Of a stretch of 64,000 nt of DNA, positions 1-8,257 are shown piece by piece. A program made the translations under genes and the position numbers. Origin of the DNA: a virus (taxonomy: Duplodnaviria; Heunggongvirae; Uroviricota; Caudoviricetes); IMG/VR virus record IMGVR_UViG_3300005077_000002, positions 1 through 64,000 of that record, one strand, 5' to 3'. Below the pieces are notes generated by a model that worked only from the letters and a program-made list of their open reading frames with translations, was not told the origin of the DNA and ran no database searches. Each line of letters opens with the position of its first letter. The stretch's first letter is position 1.

Positions 1-22
1 AAGTTCGGAATTCCGAACTTTT
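1..22. repeat. Perfect palindrome (G)AAAAGTTCGGAATTCCGAACTTTTC, copy 1, truncated by the window edge
   Basis: AAGTTCGGAATTCCGAACTT is self-complementary; an identical copy lies 75 bp downstream. Confidence 0.8.
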
Positions 23-72
23 CCTATAAATGACGATAATGAGATTAATACTCAAAAAGTTGATAAACTACA

Positions 73-98
73 GAAAAGTTCGGAATTCCGAACTTTTC
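73..98. repeat. 26-bp perfect palindrome GAAAAGTTCGGAATTCCGAACTTTTC, copy 2; candidate operator or hairpin
   Basis: Exact reverse-complement symmetry, and the copy at 1-22 is identical. Confidence 0.8.
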
Positions 99-262
99 CA
101 CAGATTGGAAAAAGAAGTATAAATACTAAAGTACTTCGTAATATTTCCAGAGGAAATCTTGGTTTATCAAAACAAAAACAAAGCCAGGCCCATGTTTATT
201 GGAAGTATTTTGGTAAAGTTTCTACTGCAAAAGACGCCAAAGACATTAGTTTAGACTCGGAT

Positions 263-1045
263 TTGGTAGTCAGTGGACACTCTGCGCAAAAACAATTAGA
301 GTTAACATTCAGAGAATTAAAGTCGGCAGTAGGCAGATTAAACACTACCATGGAAAAAGTAATGATGATCGAAGATCTTAGTTCACTGAAAGACTATGAA
401 AGTATAAGGCTATTCGTAGGCCAGCTGGACACGGTCAGCGAGGGCATCATAAGGCTCAGGAAGGATCTATCCAAACAGCTGAATGAAGATACGGAAGGTC
501 AAGCCGCTGAACCTAGTACAAGTACTGGTACTGGTACTACAGTTGGTACACATACTACTACGACTACTACAGGTGATAAATCATCTTTACCAAAACAGAC
601 CGTTAAGCGTGGCGAGTATATCTTCAACGTCAATTCCATAAACATCGATGCAGACAGCATGGTCATGGAACATGGCCTCGGTAAAACACTCTATGTGATC
701 ATTGACCTAGTGTATTACAATGCAATCGCCGGTAAAAGAGTAAAAGAGATAAACATTCAGGATACCCTGCTGGCCAACATAAGGAACAAAGGCAAAATGA
801 TGCACTGCCCTGCCTACTTCCTTATGGAACACATGGACCCTGGATATCTGAAGTATGTGCGCGACGGCTTACCCACAATGCGGGAGCTGGTTAATATAGA
901 ATCTGCACCGTTTGGAGAAGCTTCCTATCTGAATATGGCTAAGAGACCAGAGGCTGTGGAAAAGTATGGAGAGGAAGTTATCGATAATTTGTTAAGAATG
1001 TATGCCGAGAAACGAACCAGATTTATGGCAGAGAAACGTAAATGA
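263..1045 (+). CDS. Hypothetical protein with a Thr-rich linker (TGTGTTVGTHTTTTTTG)
   Basis: 260-aa ORF; the start is uncertain (TTG at 263, or a later ATG). Confidence 0.5.
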   Translation: MVVSGHSAQKQLELTFRELKSAVGRLNTTMEKVMMIEDLSSLKDYESIRLFVGQLDTVSEGIIRLRKDLSKQLNEDTEGQAAEPSTSTGTGTTVGTHTTTTTTGDKSSLPKQTVKRGEYIFNVNSINIDADSMVMEHGLGKTLYVIIDLVYYNAIAGKRVKEINIQDTLLANIRNKGKMMHCPAYFLMEHMDPGYLKYVRDGLPTMRELVNIESAPFGEASYLNMAKRPEAVEKYGEEVIDNLLRMYAEKRTRFMAEKRK

Positions 1046-1065
1046 AAATGGCGCCATAAGCGCCA

Positions 1066-2241
1066 TTAAAAAGGTAATGCGATTTTGGGTTTAGTCGCAA
1101 CCGGGAGGTCGGCGAAGACAGGCTTTGCCTTTGTTAAAGCTTTTGTTTTGGCCGCCTCTTTCTTACTATCGTAGTCTTTAAGTGTATTATACACAAACTC
1201 ATCAGTTTGTTCTACGGCACCCCAGCACTTATCGTAGAATTCACATTTCCACTGTTTTGTGGCACAGGCATACGGACTGGACTTCTTTTTAAAATCCCCT
1301 TCGCGCTTGCTCTTGTCAATCATGGTTGCCGTGTGAATAACGGAATCAGTCAATCTTTTGATATCGTCTTTGCCCCTGGTGCTTTTAGCAACCTTGCCGG
1401 CAGGTACAATACCTGAACCACTGCGGTCTTTCTCCAGCCAATGCAGCATGAGCCCTACCCTGTTTCTATCCGTAGCCATGGCGTACAAAGTGAGCTGATT
1501 GCTATTGTCCACTTTCCACTGATCAGATGTACTGATACCCGTACGCAGCCTAAACTTAAAATCGATCACCGCATCATCGGTAAGCAGATCATAAAATCCG
1601 CGCATAACGATAACATCTTCCGGGCCTGATCCGTAATGGAATCTAACTTCAATGGAGTTCTCCAGGCCAACCACAGTTTTGACACTCGGTTCAAGCATGT
1701 CCATATGCATATTAATAAACATCTTACCGAGATTATGCAGCTGGGATGGATTAAAATGTTCCCAGTTCTCCACAACCGTATGCCTGGATATGTATTCTGC
1801 ATCTGGATCAATTTCATCCAGCAGAGTGATTTCCCACAGCTTCTTTCGGTTATCCGCATCCCTGCGGTGATCCACACTGAAATTAACGCGGCACTCGGTA
1901 CCATCATCAGGCCGCACTTTGAAGACTTTAACAGATCCTGGTACAACATCATGGTGCAATATGTATGTCTTATCCGGACCAAATACCAGCTTCTCATTGT
2001 TCAGCATTTCGAAATAGTCATCAAAATACTTGTACATGATTGATCTGTCGAGGCTCTTACCATACTTCTTGCGATGCTCGTAGTTCGCGCCGATCACGTC
2101 ATGAGCTATATTACCAAACGCCGGAGTTACCGTATTAATGCGTATACCGGCTATTGTAGACATGAAGTACTTGCGGTTACAGAACTCCATACCTTCCATC
2201 TGTGAAATGCTAAATGTAGGCTTGGGCAGCCAAAGTGACAT
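1066..2241 (-). CDS. PD-(D/E)XK nuclease of the RecB/Cas4 family with a Fe-S cysteine cluster
   Basis: N-terminal Cys (FCNRKYF) plus C-terminal CATKQWKCEFYDKCWG triad; IDFK (D/ExK) and QLTLY (QhxxY) motifs; RBS AGGAG 6 nt upstream of the ATG. Confidence 0.7.
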   Translation of the reverse strand: MSLWLPKPTFSISQMEGMEFCNRKYFMSTIAGIRINTVTPAFGNIAHDVIGANYEHRKKYGKSLDRSIMYKYFDDYFEMLNNEKLVFGPDKTYILHHDVVPGSVKVFKVRPDDGTECRVNFSVDHRRDADNRKKLWEITLLDEIDPDAEYISRHTVVENWEHFNPSQLHNLGKMFINMHMDMLEPSVKTVVGLENSIEVRFHYGSGPEDVIVMRGFYDLLTDDAVIDFKFRLRTGISTSDQWKVDNSNQLTLYAMATDRNRVGLMLHWLEKDRSGSGIVPAGKVAKSTRGKDDIKRLTDSVIHTATMIDKSKREGDFKKKSSPYACATKQWKCEFYDKCWGAVEQTDEFVYNTLKDYDSKKEAAKTKALTKAKPVFADLPVATKPKIALPF

Positions 2242-2249
2242 AATTGCTC

Positions 2250-2540
2250 CTAGTTTAAATCTTCGTTAGTATGCGTCATGTATCGTTCGAAGTCCGTGGC
2301 ATCGAAAGGATCGCGGCCACCAAGACAGTAGGCCAGACCAGCCCTGAAACCTTCCAGGGCACTACGATTAACGATATCCATTATTTTAGGTGGCTTTTTA
2401 CGATTGAGTGTCTTGTTCACCAAGCTGATGATACTATTGGTTGTGTGATACTTTTCAAGAATCTCAGACTTACTACGTAATTTTGCACTCACTGGCCACC
2501 TCATTAATTGGTCTATAATATCGAAAGTTGCAATAAGCAT
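2250..2540 (-). CDS. Hypothetical protein
   Basis: 96-aa ORF placed tightly downstream of the nuclease gene on the same strand. Confidence 0.5.
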   Translation of the reverse strand: MLIATFDIIDQLMRWPVSAKLRSKSEILEKYHTTNSIISLVNKTLNRKKPPKIMDIVNRSALEGFRAGLAYCLGGRDPFDATDFERYMTHTNEDLN

Positions 2541-2569
2541 GCCACGTAAATGTAAGTATTTCGAGCTAA

Positions 2570-3340
2570 TTATGCCATAGCAGGTAGGGGAATACGACCA
2601 GTTGCCTGAAGTTTTTTACGAATACGACCAACCGTTGCATGGTGGCAGTCAAGCTGCCTGGCGATACGCCGGTTAGAGAAACGGGGATTATTGATGATCA
2701 TATCCGATATACGCTGTTGCAGGGACTTCGATGCTTCCGTAGTCACGGCAGCTGGCTGTACAGATTCTCCGGTAGCTGTGATCTGCGCGGGCGGTGGTTC
2801 AAAGCTGATTTGCTTTTTACTAACCGATCGTTTTTGACGCTTAGGCGTCGGTTTATTATAATTAATCGGTTCCACCGGGGATTGCTGCGAGCCTGGCTTA
2901 TCTTCAGCGCCTGCAGGCTTGCTTTGCTCAATACGTTGATCGCCGGATATCCAACCAAGCAGGGCAACCATGGTTACAGCTAACACACCCACAATAACAC
3001 CGATCGTCTGCGCGCCTTCCCAGTCGGGAGCAAATTTATACATATAATAGCCATTCATGAATGTACTCACCATGGACCCGAGCACGAGCATGATCTTCGC
3101 CGGTACCAGGTTACGCTTATATTCAACATTCCTGCTGGAGGTGATATACGACATGGTAAAGAATATAGCCATGTCGATAGCGGCCACGAGCATGATCTTC
3201 GATAGCATTGATATATCCAGGCCGCGGTATTCCAAATGACTGGTATACTGACGCAGTATGGAAAAACTAGCTTCAAACGTAGCCACAATAAAGAAGGTGG
3301 ACAGTATAAATGTCCAGATCTTTATGGTTCGTTGCTTCAT
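2570..3340 (-). CDS. Membrane protein (about 4 TM helices) with a C-terminal helix-turn-helix
   Basis: Hydrophobic N-terminal half; C-terminal RIARQLDCHHATVGRIRKKL resembles an IS630/sigma-like HTH; GAGGT RBS before the ATG at 3340 (track start 3376 also possible). Confidence 0.55.
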   Translation of the reverse strand: MKQRTIKIWTFILSTFFIVATFEASFSILRQYTSHLEYRGLDISMLSKIMLVAAIDMAIFFTMSYITSSRNVEYKRNLVPAKIMLVLGSMVSTFMNGYYMYKFAPDWEGAQTIGVIVGVLAVTMVALLGWISGDQRIEQSKPAGAEDKPGSQQSPVEPINYNKPTPKRQKRSVSKKQISFEPPPAQITATGESVQPAAVTTEASKSLQQRISDMIINNPRFSNRRIARQLDCHHATVGRIRKKLQATGRIPLPAMA

Positions 3341-3405
3341 ATAAATTACCTCAAATTTGTTAATTGATACTTGCATAGGTATGTCACACTGTATTAAATT
3401 GGTGC

Positions 3406-3885
3406 ATGGATAGTAATACTAGCAGGATAAAGGACGGCCGTAGCAGGGAATTGAAGATGGGGCAGCGGCAATACGCGCTAATGCGTACCCTGGCCGCGAC
3501 CAGCGACTGGATATACCTGAATGATATACAAACCAAACTGGATACCCGTATTAGCCACAATCATAAGTACCAGATCGTCAAAGACTACTGCGAAAGGGGA
3601 TTCCTGGACCGCCGCTACGAAATATACAACAACAGACCACTGGCGCTTATCCGGATAACACATCTTGGCGCAGCCTGGCTAAGGTATCATGAGTTGGGCA
3701 TCGTGTATGACATGCACGGCCAGTTCGATCCTGAAGAGCGCAGGGAATATACCAGTGTATGTTTGCAGCTCCAGGAATACGGTTTTACGTTCATGCGTGA
3801 TGCAGAGGTGGACGAGCGTACAATAGTAAAGAACTGTCCGGTTGTAGGGAAGGGCAGGGCAGGGGCGCAGTTAGCCCTGTTTTGA
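3406..3885 (+). CDS. Hypothetical protein
   Basis: 159-aa ORF. Confidence 0.5.
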   Translation: MDSNTSRIKDGRSRELKMGQRQYALMRTLAATSDWIYLNDIQTKLDTRISHNHKYQIVKDYCERGFLDRRYEIYNNRPLALIRITHLGAAWLRYHELGIVYDMHGQFDPEERREYTSVCLQLQEYGFTFMRDAEVDERTIVKNCPVVGKGRAGAQLALF

Positions 3886-3886
3886 T

Positions 3887-3915
3887 TTGACATCGATATT
3901 TTACAGTGGTATATT
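3887..3915 (+). promoter_or_regulatory. Consensus sigma-70-type promoter: TTGACA, 17-bp spacer, TATATT
   Basis: -35 at 3887-3892 and -10 at 3910-3915 with exactly 17 bp between them. Confidence 0.55.
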
Positions 3916-3921
3916 GCCCGC

Positions 3922-4110
3922 ATCGGCATGGCCGTGTTGTTAGTGAAACCTATAGTCGTGTTGGCCCCGTTGGCGTGCGCAAGCGAATGATACGCACGAC
4001 CTGTCAAAGGGGATTAAGTTTTAAGCCACCAAGATATCCCACAAATCACTAACAAGTATGGATATCACTCAATAAAACCCTGGTTAGCAATGACCGGGGT
4101 TTTCTATTTT
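3922..4110 (+). ncRNA. Candidate small non-coding RNA (about 190 nt) running from the consensus promoter to an intrinsic terminator
   Basis: No credible ORF on either strand; internal 7-bp hairpin GCGTGCG...CGCACGC; terminator at 4077-4110. Confidence 0.35.
4077..4110 (+). terminator. Rho-independent terminator
   Basis: ACCCTGGT / ACCGGGGT stem with an 8-nt loop, followed by TTTCTATTTT. Confidence 0.6.
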
Positions 4111-4343
4111 ATGGCTATTTCGATACTACGTAATCCTTATACCGAAACAGCCCACCAAACCTTTGTCACTTTGTAAAGCGATCCAGGCCTTGCCATGTAC
4201 GTCCATCGAAATGCTACCTGCAGGAAATTACATATAATAGAAGACCCGCCTTTGGTAGTGCGGGCCTTACTGTGTGGGAGGTGGGTTGGTATAAGGTTTA
4301 CGTAGTATAGTAAGTTATATGTGGGATTATAGATTACAACCCC

Positions 4344-4424
4344 TTATTTTGATGGTCTGGGCTTAGGCTTCGGGGTCGGCTTGGGAGTAGGCCTAAGAGG
4401 TAAGTCCTTGGAAAACATAGTCAT
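4344..4424 (-). CDS. Possible 26-aa Pro/Lys-rich peptide (MTMFSKDLPLRPTPKPTPKPKPRPSK) immediately downstream of the tRNA
   Basis: AAGGAG RBS 8 nt upstream of the ATG on the minus strand. Confidence 0.25.
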   Translation of the reverse strand: MTMFSKDLPLRPTPKPTPKPKPRPSK

Positions 4425-4447
4425 ATGGTAAACTCCTTAATACTTAG

Positions 4448-4520
4448 AGCTAACGGTCAGACTCGAACTGACGACCTGCCGCTTACAAGGCGGCTGCTCT
4501 ACCAACTGAGCTACGCTAGC
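4448..4520 (-). tRNA. tRNA-Thr (anticodon UGU), 73 nt, CCA not encoded
   Basis: Hand-folded cloverleaf GCTAGCG-TA-GCTC-AGTTGGTA-GAGC-A-GCCGC-CTTGTAA-GCGGC-AGGTC-GTCAG-TTCGAGT-CTGAC-CGTTAGC-T; all four stems pair. Confidence 0.85.
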
Positions 4521-4567
4521 GAATGGACGCACGGCAACCTTAGCCGGCCGCTTTATCAGTGCGGTGC

Positions 4568-4813
4568 TTAGCCTGCTGCTTGCGCCCTTATATCTTCAAT
4601 CGCCGATATGGGCATCTCTGTATAAATGGCCACATACCGTTTTTGATCCATTCTATGCATAATGGCCTTGGCCACATGCGCTTCACTTACACCCTGAATC
4701 TTGAGTAATTGTGTCATGGTCAACAGGAACTTGCGGTTCTCATTGCGCAACAGAAACTCCACATCCAGATTATCATTGATCCCGGAATACGACAGGGTGT
4801 ATTTCGCCATCAT
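4568..4813 (-). CDS. Hypothetical protein
   Basis: 81-aa ORF on the minus strand downstream of the tRNA. Confidence 0.4.
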   Translation of the reverse strand: MMAKYTLSYSGINDNLDVEFLLRNENRKFLLTMTQLLKIQGVSEAHVAKAIMHRMDQKRYVAIYTEMPISAIEDIRAQAAG

Positions 4814-5175
4814 ACAAGCACCCCGGCCGTCTTCAATCTGCTCAGCATAACGAAATACTCTTTGCTGGATATATCAAACGCGATGGAACCACCGGTAACC
4901 CTATATTCATTATTGGCCGCGGGTTCCACATGGAAGTCATCACTAAGCGGCAGGATGAACTGCTCACCGCTTATACTGGTTACGTGAATAAACAATGTTT
5001 TACATGCCATTTTAAATACCACGGCCCTTATGCAAAGAAAATACTGTATATAACGTACAACACGATGAATGCTATAAATGCGATGGTCGAGAGTACTACG
5101 AACGCAAAGGCATTGAATATCAGCAGCGGCACATATATGAGCAGCATGAATAATACCGTAAAATCCGTGCCGCAT
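4810..5175 (-). CDS. Hypothetical protein (start uncertain)
   Basis: 121-aa ORF that overlaps the ORF at 5028-5291. Confidence 0.3.
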   Translation of the reverse strand: MRHGFYGIIHAAHICAAADIQCLCVRSTLDHRIYSIHRVVRYIQYFLCIRAVVFKMACKTLFIHVTSISGEQFILPLSDDFHVEPAANNEYRVTGGSIAFDISSKEYFVMLSRLKTAGVLV

Positions 5176-5291
5176 TTCAAGTAAATCTCAAGAAAGGGCA
5201 GCGCGAAGAAGCTAATAATGACCAGCAGTTTAAACAACGGGAATACGAACTTAAATCGCTTGGGTTCATCTGATTTTGTAAGATCTTGCAT
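5028..5291 (-). CDS. Small hydrophobic (membrane) protein
   Basis: 87 aa with two predicted TM helices; overlaps the previous ORF, so only one of the two may be real. Confidence 0.3.
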   Translation of the reverse strand: MQDLTKSDEPKRFKFVFPLFKLLVIISFFALPFLEIYLKCGTDFTVLFMLLIYVPLLIFNAFAFVVLSTIAFIAFIVLYVIYSIFFA

Positions 5292-5398
5292 AAAACTCCA
5301 TAACTCAAAATATCATGTTCAATACGGCGACGGTGATAGCGATCAATCCGCCGCAAAGGAATCCGAGCGCGAATCCAAGTACAAAGGACCGCCAGGCA

Positions 5399-5596
5399 TT
5401 ACTGTACAAAACCGCGCACCCAGTCAATAAATCTAATATACCATGGACACTTATGCCCGGCCCAATCCGGATAAGCATCATCACCACCAATAAACCATTC
5501 CATGTCGGCTGTACTCTGGGGCTGTATTATTTTAATCCTACGCCCACACCTGGGACAGACAGGCAAATCACCAATCGGAACATCTGAAAACTGCAT
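5399..5596 (-). CDS. Small zinc-binding protein (CPRCG...HKCP)
   Basis: 65-aa ORF with a Cys/His motif. Confidence 0.4.
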   Translation of the reverse strand: MQFSDVPIGDLPVCPRCGRRIKIIQPQSTADMEWFIGGDDAYPDWAGHKCPWYIRFIDWVRGFVQ

Positions 5597-5633
5597 ACGA
5601 ACACCACCATTCTAAATGTTTCTTTAGATATGT

Positions 5634-5738
5634 CATTGGTCGTCAAAAATATTGACAACCAATGCGGCTGCGCCGTCATCAAAAGGACACAAAATTGATG
5701 CAGCTACGCTGTAATTATGGTGACAACCAATGCGGCTG
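5634..5738. repeat. Iteron-like repeats: TGACAACCAATGCGGCTG as two direct copies (5653-5670 and 5721-5738) plus an inverted near-copy (5634-5645)
   Basis: 18/18 identical direct repeats 68 bp apart that extend to about 27 bp with 4 mismatches; CATTGGTCGTCA-N7-TGACAACCAATG is an imperfect palindrome. Confidence 0.7.
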
Positions 5739-5939
5739 TACTGTCATTGTGGGGCACCTATACCAGAAAACCAGTAAGGGTGGTTTGGCGCCTTTGCGCC
5801 AGCGGCCTACTGGAACAATGGGGCGGCCGGCCAGTTGTTTATGTAATAAACTGGACAAATCGCTTAATAGGGGCCGAAAATGCTTTGTGTATATTTTGGG
5901 CCAGTACTTTGGCCAGGCTTTGCCTAATATCCAGATTGA

Positions 5940-6180
5940 GCCCACCCCCCCTTCTATACATGGTACATACTAATTACTTTTTAATTACATTCTATATACA
6001 AATTACCTTCATAGGGTTAATATCTATTTATTTAATCTTAATTACGTGTTATAACTAATTACAGTTAATCATCTTTCTATATACTACCCATTAACATATG
6101 TGGGTTAATAATAATCTATGTGTGCACTAGAATATATAATATATAATATATAATACTCCCGGGCCGGCCAAAACGTACCC
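5940..6180. other. AT-rich non-coding tract with TAATTAC repeats and (TATATAA)x3; origin-of-replication candidate together with the iterons
   Basis: Very low GC, repeated TAATTAC four times, tandem TATATAA at about 6133-6158, no ORF. Confidence 0.4.
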
Positions 6181-6304
6181 GAACGGGTATAGCGCTAAAT
6201 TCGGGTTGAAGACTGCTCAGTGCTTTATTACCAACGGTTTGCGGGCTTTTTACGGGCTATTTTTGAACCACCAGGTATACCCGATCGGGTGTAATATGGG
6301 CGCG

Positions 6305-6321
6305 AGTGCATAAATATACAG
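6305..6321 (+). promoter_or_regulatory. Palindromic motif AGTGCATAAATATACAG, copy 1 of a promoter/operator family
   Basis: 19-mer GCGAGTGCATAAATATACA is identical to the copy at 13221-13239. Confidence 0.5.
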
Positions 6322-6330
6322 TGACGAAGT

Positions 6331-6347
6331 AGTGCATAAATATGCAT
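6331..6347 (+). promoter_or_regulatory. Palindromic motif AGTGCATAAATATGCAT, copy 2, 26 bp after copy 1
   Basis: TGCATAAATATGCA is near-palindromic; it lies upstream of the + gene at 6605. Confidence 0.5.
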
Positions 6348-6604
6348 TTCGGTAGGGCAGGGTGGGTTGTAGCTGGGCAGGCGAGCCCTTAATAGGGGTT
6401 GAAATGTGGTGTCGGGAGAGAGGGGCCAGGTATGTATTATATGGTACCTACTCGAATTTACGTTTCGAGCCCACCCGGTACTGTATAACACACTTAACCT
6501 GAGCCCTGTTGCTATGAGGGCCTCATCCAAAGTCGGGTGAGTGGGCGTGCATCGTGCGTCAGGTATTGGGTCATATAGCAGACTATCATAAACAGGAGGT
6601 TCGT

Positions 6605-7063
6605 ATGATAGTTCGATGGCTAGGAGCCTTCCGAAATGACGGCACCGTCAGTACGCTAGAACAGGAACTAGCGAACATGACGGCATTCCATGATGGGTTG
6701 CAATTTGAGGAACGTAGTGCGGAAAGCATACGTTGCGCAGAGGCATCATGCCTGTCCATCAGTGGGTATTCCTGGAAATATAGGCCTTTACTTGGTCTTT
6801 TAGTTTCCAGAAAGTCCGTCATACGTAGGTTTAAAACCGACGTATGGGCGGAGCCCGTTAATGATGGGTCAGGCAGATTAATGCCTACCTCAAAGGGCAA
6901 CGATTCATGGAATGAGTTCTTTGTCAAACCTGACTACGTTGCGGTGATAATCCGCAAAGCAGCCATTAAAGACAAAGAGTTGCTCCGTCAAGTCTCCGAA
7001 GTTGCCCATGCACATGGGTTGACACTGCTTCATGCGGAGACTCTTCGGGAGGTTAAACTATGA
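6605..7063 (+). CDS. Hypothetical protein
   Basis: ACAGGAGG RBS 5 nt before the ATG at 6605 (the track ORF begins at 6554). Confidence 0.55.
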   Translation: MIVRWLGAFRNDGTVSTLEQELANMTAFHDGLQFEERSAESIRCAEASCLSISGYSWKYRPLLGLLVSRKSVIRRFKTDVWAEPVNDGSGRLMPTSKGNDSWNEFFVKPDYVAVIIRKAAIKDKELLRQVSEVAHAHGLTLLHAETLREVKL

Positions 7064-7564
7064 AGCAGAGTCCGGCATGTGGAGTAACATACGCCGCACC
7101 GCATGTCGTTAGAAAGGATAGGAAGTAACCTGTCGCCACACCTCGCTTGGACGTGCTATTGCAAGTCCAAGAAGTGTTGAAGTGGAAGGCGTCATACCTA
7201 GATGGCGGTATGTAAATATTATGCGATTCCCACTTGTCTGTTAGTGGGTGAAAAATAATCAGAAACGCTTTGTGACAGAATGTGCGGTGAAACAATGTCA
7301 CGTTACCAGTGCCACGAGAAGTGGGTAACAGAGGTCGTGCTCTGACTGGTAGCTGTGTGGCATCATTATCCTAAGTCTGAATGGTGCCGCACTGGTCAGC
7401 ACAACACACTTGATCCCCAGGTAGGAAGCTGACTTAAAGGGAATCTGGACCGCTAAAAAACCAGAAGGGGAAAACACAAACCCAAGTAGGTGACTAAACG
7501 TCCCAGCCTGCTTGGGTTTTTAATTATAAGTGGGGCACGTACGCCATATACCAAGGAGGTTGTT

Positions 7565-8242
7565 ATGGCACGATTTAATTCAAATATGTCTATCGGTGAG
7601 ATACTGGCAGCTAAGACTGCGGTGTCATTCGCCGCACTGTCTACAATTGCTGGGACTTACCGTGCCACGCTAGCACGGGAACACAAATTCGCTAATGAGG
7701 AGGCGCGCAGGTCTGACGTTTCCTCATGGGGATCGGATGCCAATTGGGTGAATACCCAACAGGCTTCGGCGGTGAAATATCACCAAGAGGCAGCGTTGAC
7801 TGGTCTTTCCGGTAAGAACCCGAATGCTTTGGAAAAGGCGGCACGTAAAGTGGCTGCAAAGGCCAAGGCTGAGTTCATGGCAGTTGATGCCGTGGCTCAG
7901 GAGTCATCGGACAAGGCATTCGCACGCCTTGAGAATCCGACTCCGCGTCGCCATGATGCGAAGCCAACCCAGAGATTCAAGGCTCTGGTGGGTCAGGCCA
8001 TGGTCGACAAGGCTAAGGCTGACAAGGCAAAGGCGGCCTGGATGCAGGCGTTGCAGGCCTTAAAAGAGGCCAGAAAGGCCGTCAAGGTCGTTGAGGCCGG
8101 GACTGAAAAGGCCATCATACGCTACGAACGTCTTATGATGAGCCCAGACAAGGCCTATGAAGTCCTTGGTGGGAATATGCTCGATGCATCATGGTATGCG
8201 ATAGCTTTGGACAGCTTCGCATACGAGCTCGAGCAGTATTAA
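7565..8242 (+). CDS. Hypothetical Ala/Lys-rich protein
   Basis: AAGGAGG RBS before the ATG at 7565 (track start 7490); lies immediately upstream of the RNAP-like gene. Confidence 0.55.
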   Translation: MARFNSNMSIGEILAAKTAVSFAALSTIAGTYRATLAREHKFANEEARRSDVSSWGSDANWVNTQQASAVKYHQEAALTGLSGKNPNALEKAARKVAAKAKAEFMAVDAVAQESSDKAFARLENPTPRRHDAKPTQRFKALVGQAMVDKAKADKAKAAWMQALQALKEARKAVKVVEAGTEKAIIRYERLMMSPDKAYEVLGGNMLDASWYAIALDSFAYELEQY

Positions 8243-8257
8243 ATAAAGAGGGACGCC

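Noticed and set aside
7824-8063. 79-aa Arg/Trp-rich ORF inside the gene at 7565-8242
   Set aside because: Alternative-frame artefact of a GC-rich, Ala/Lys-coding region
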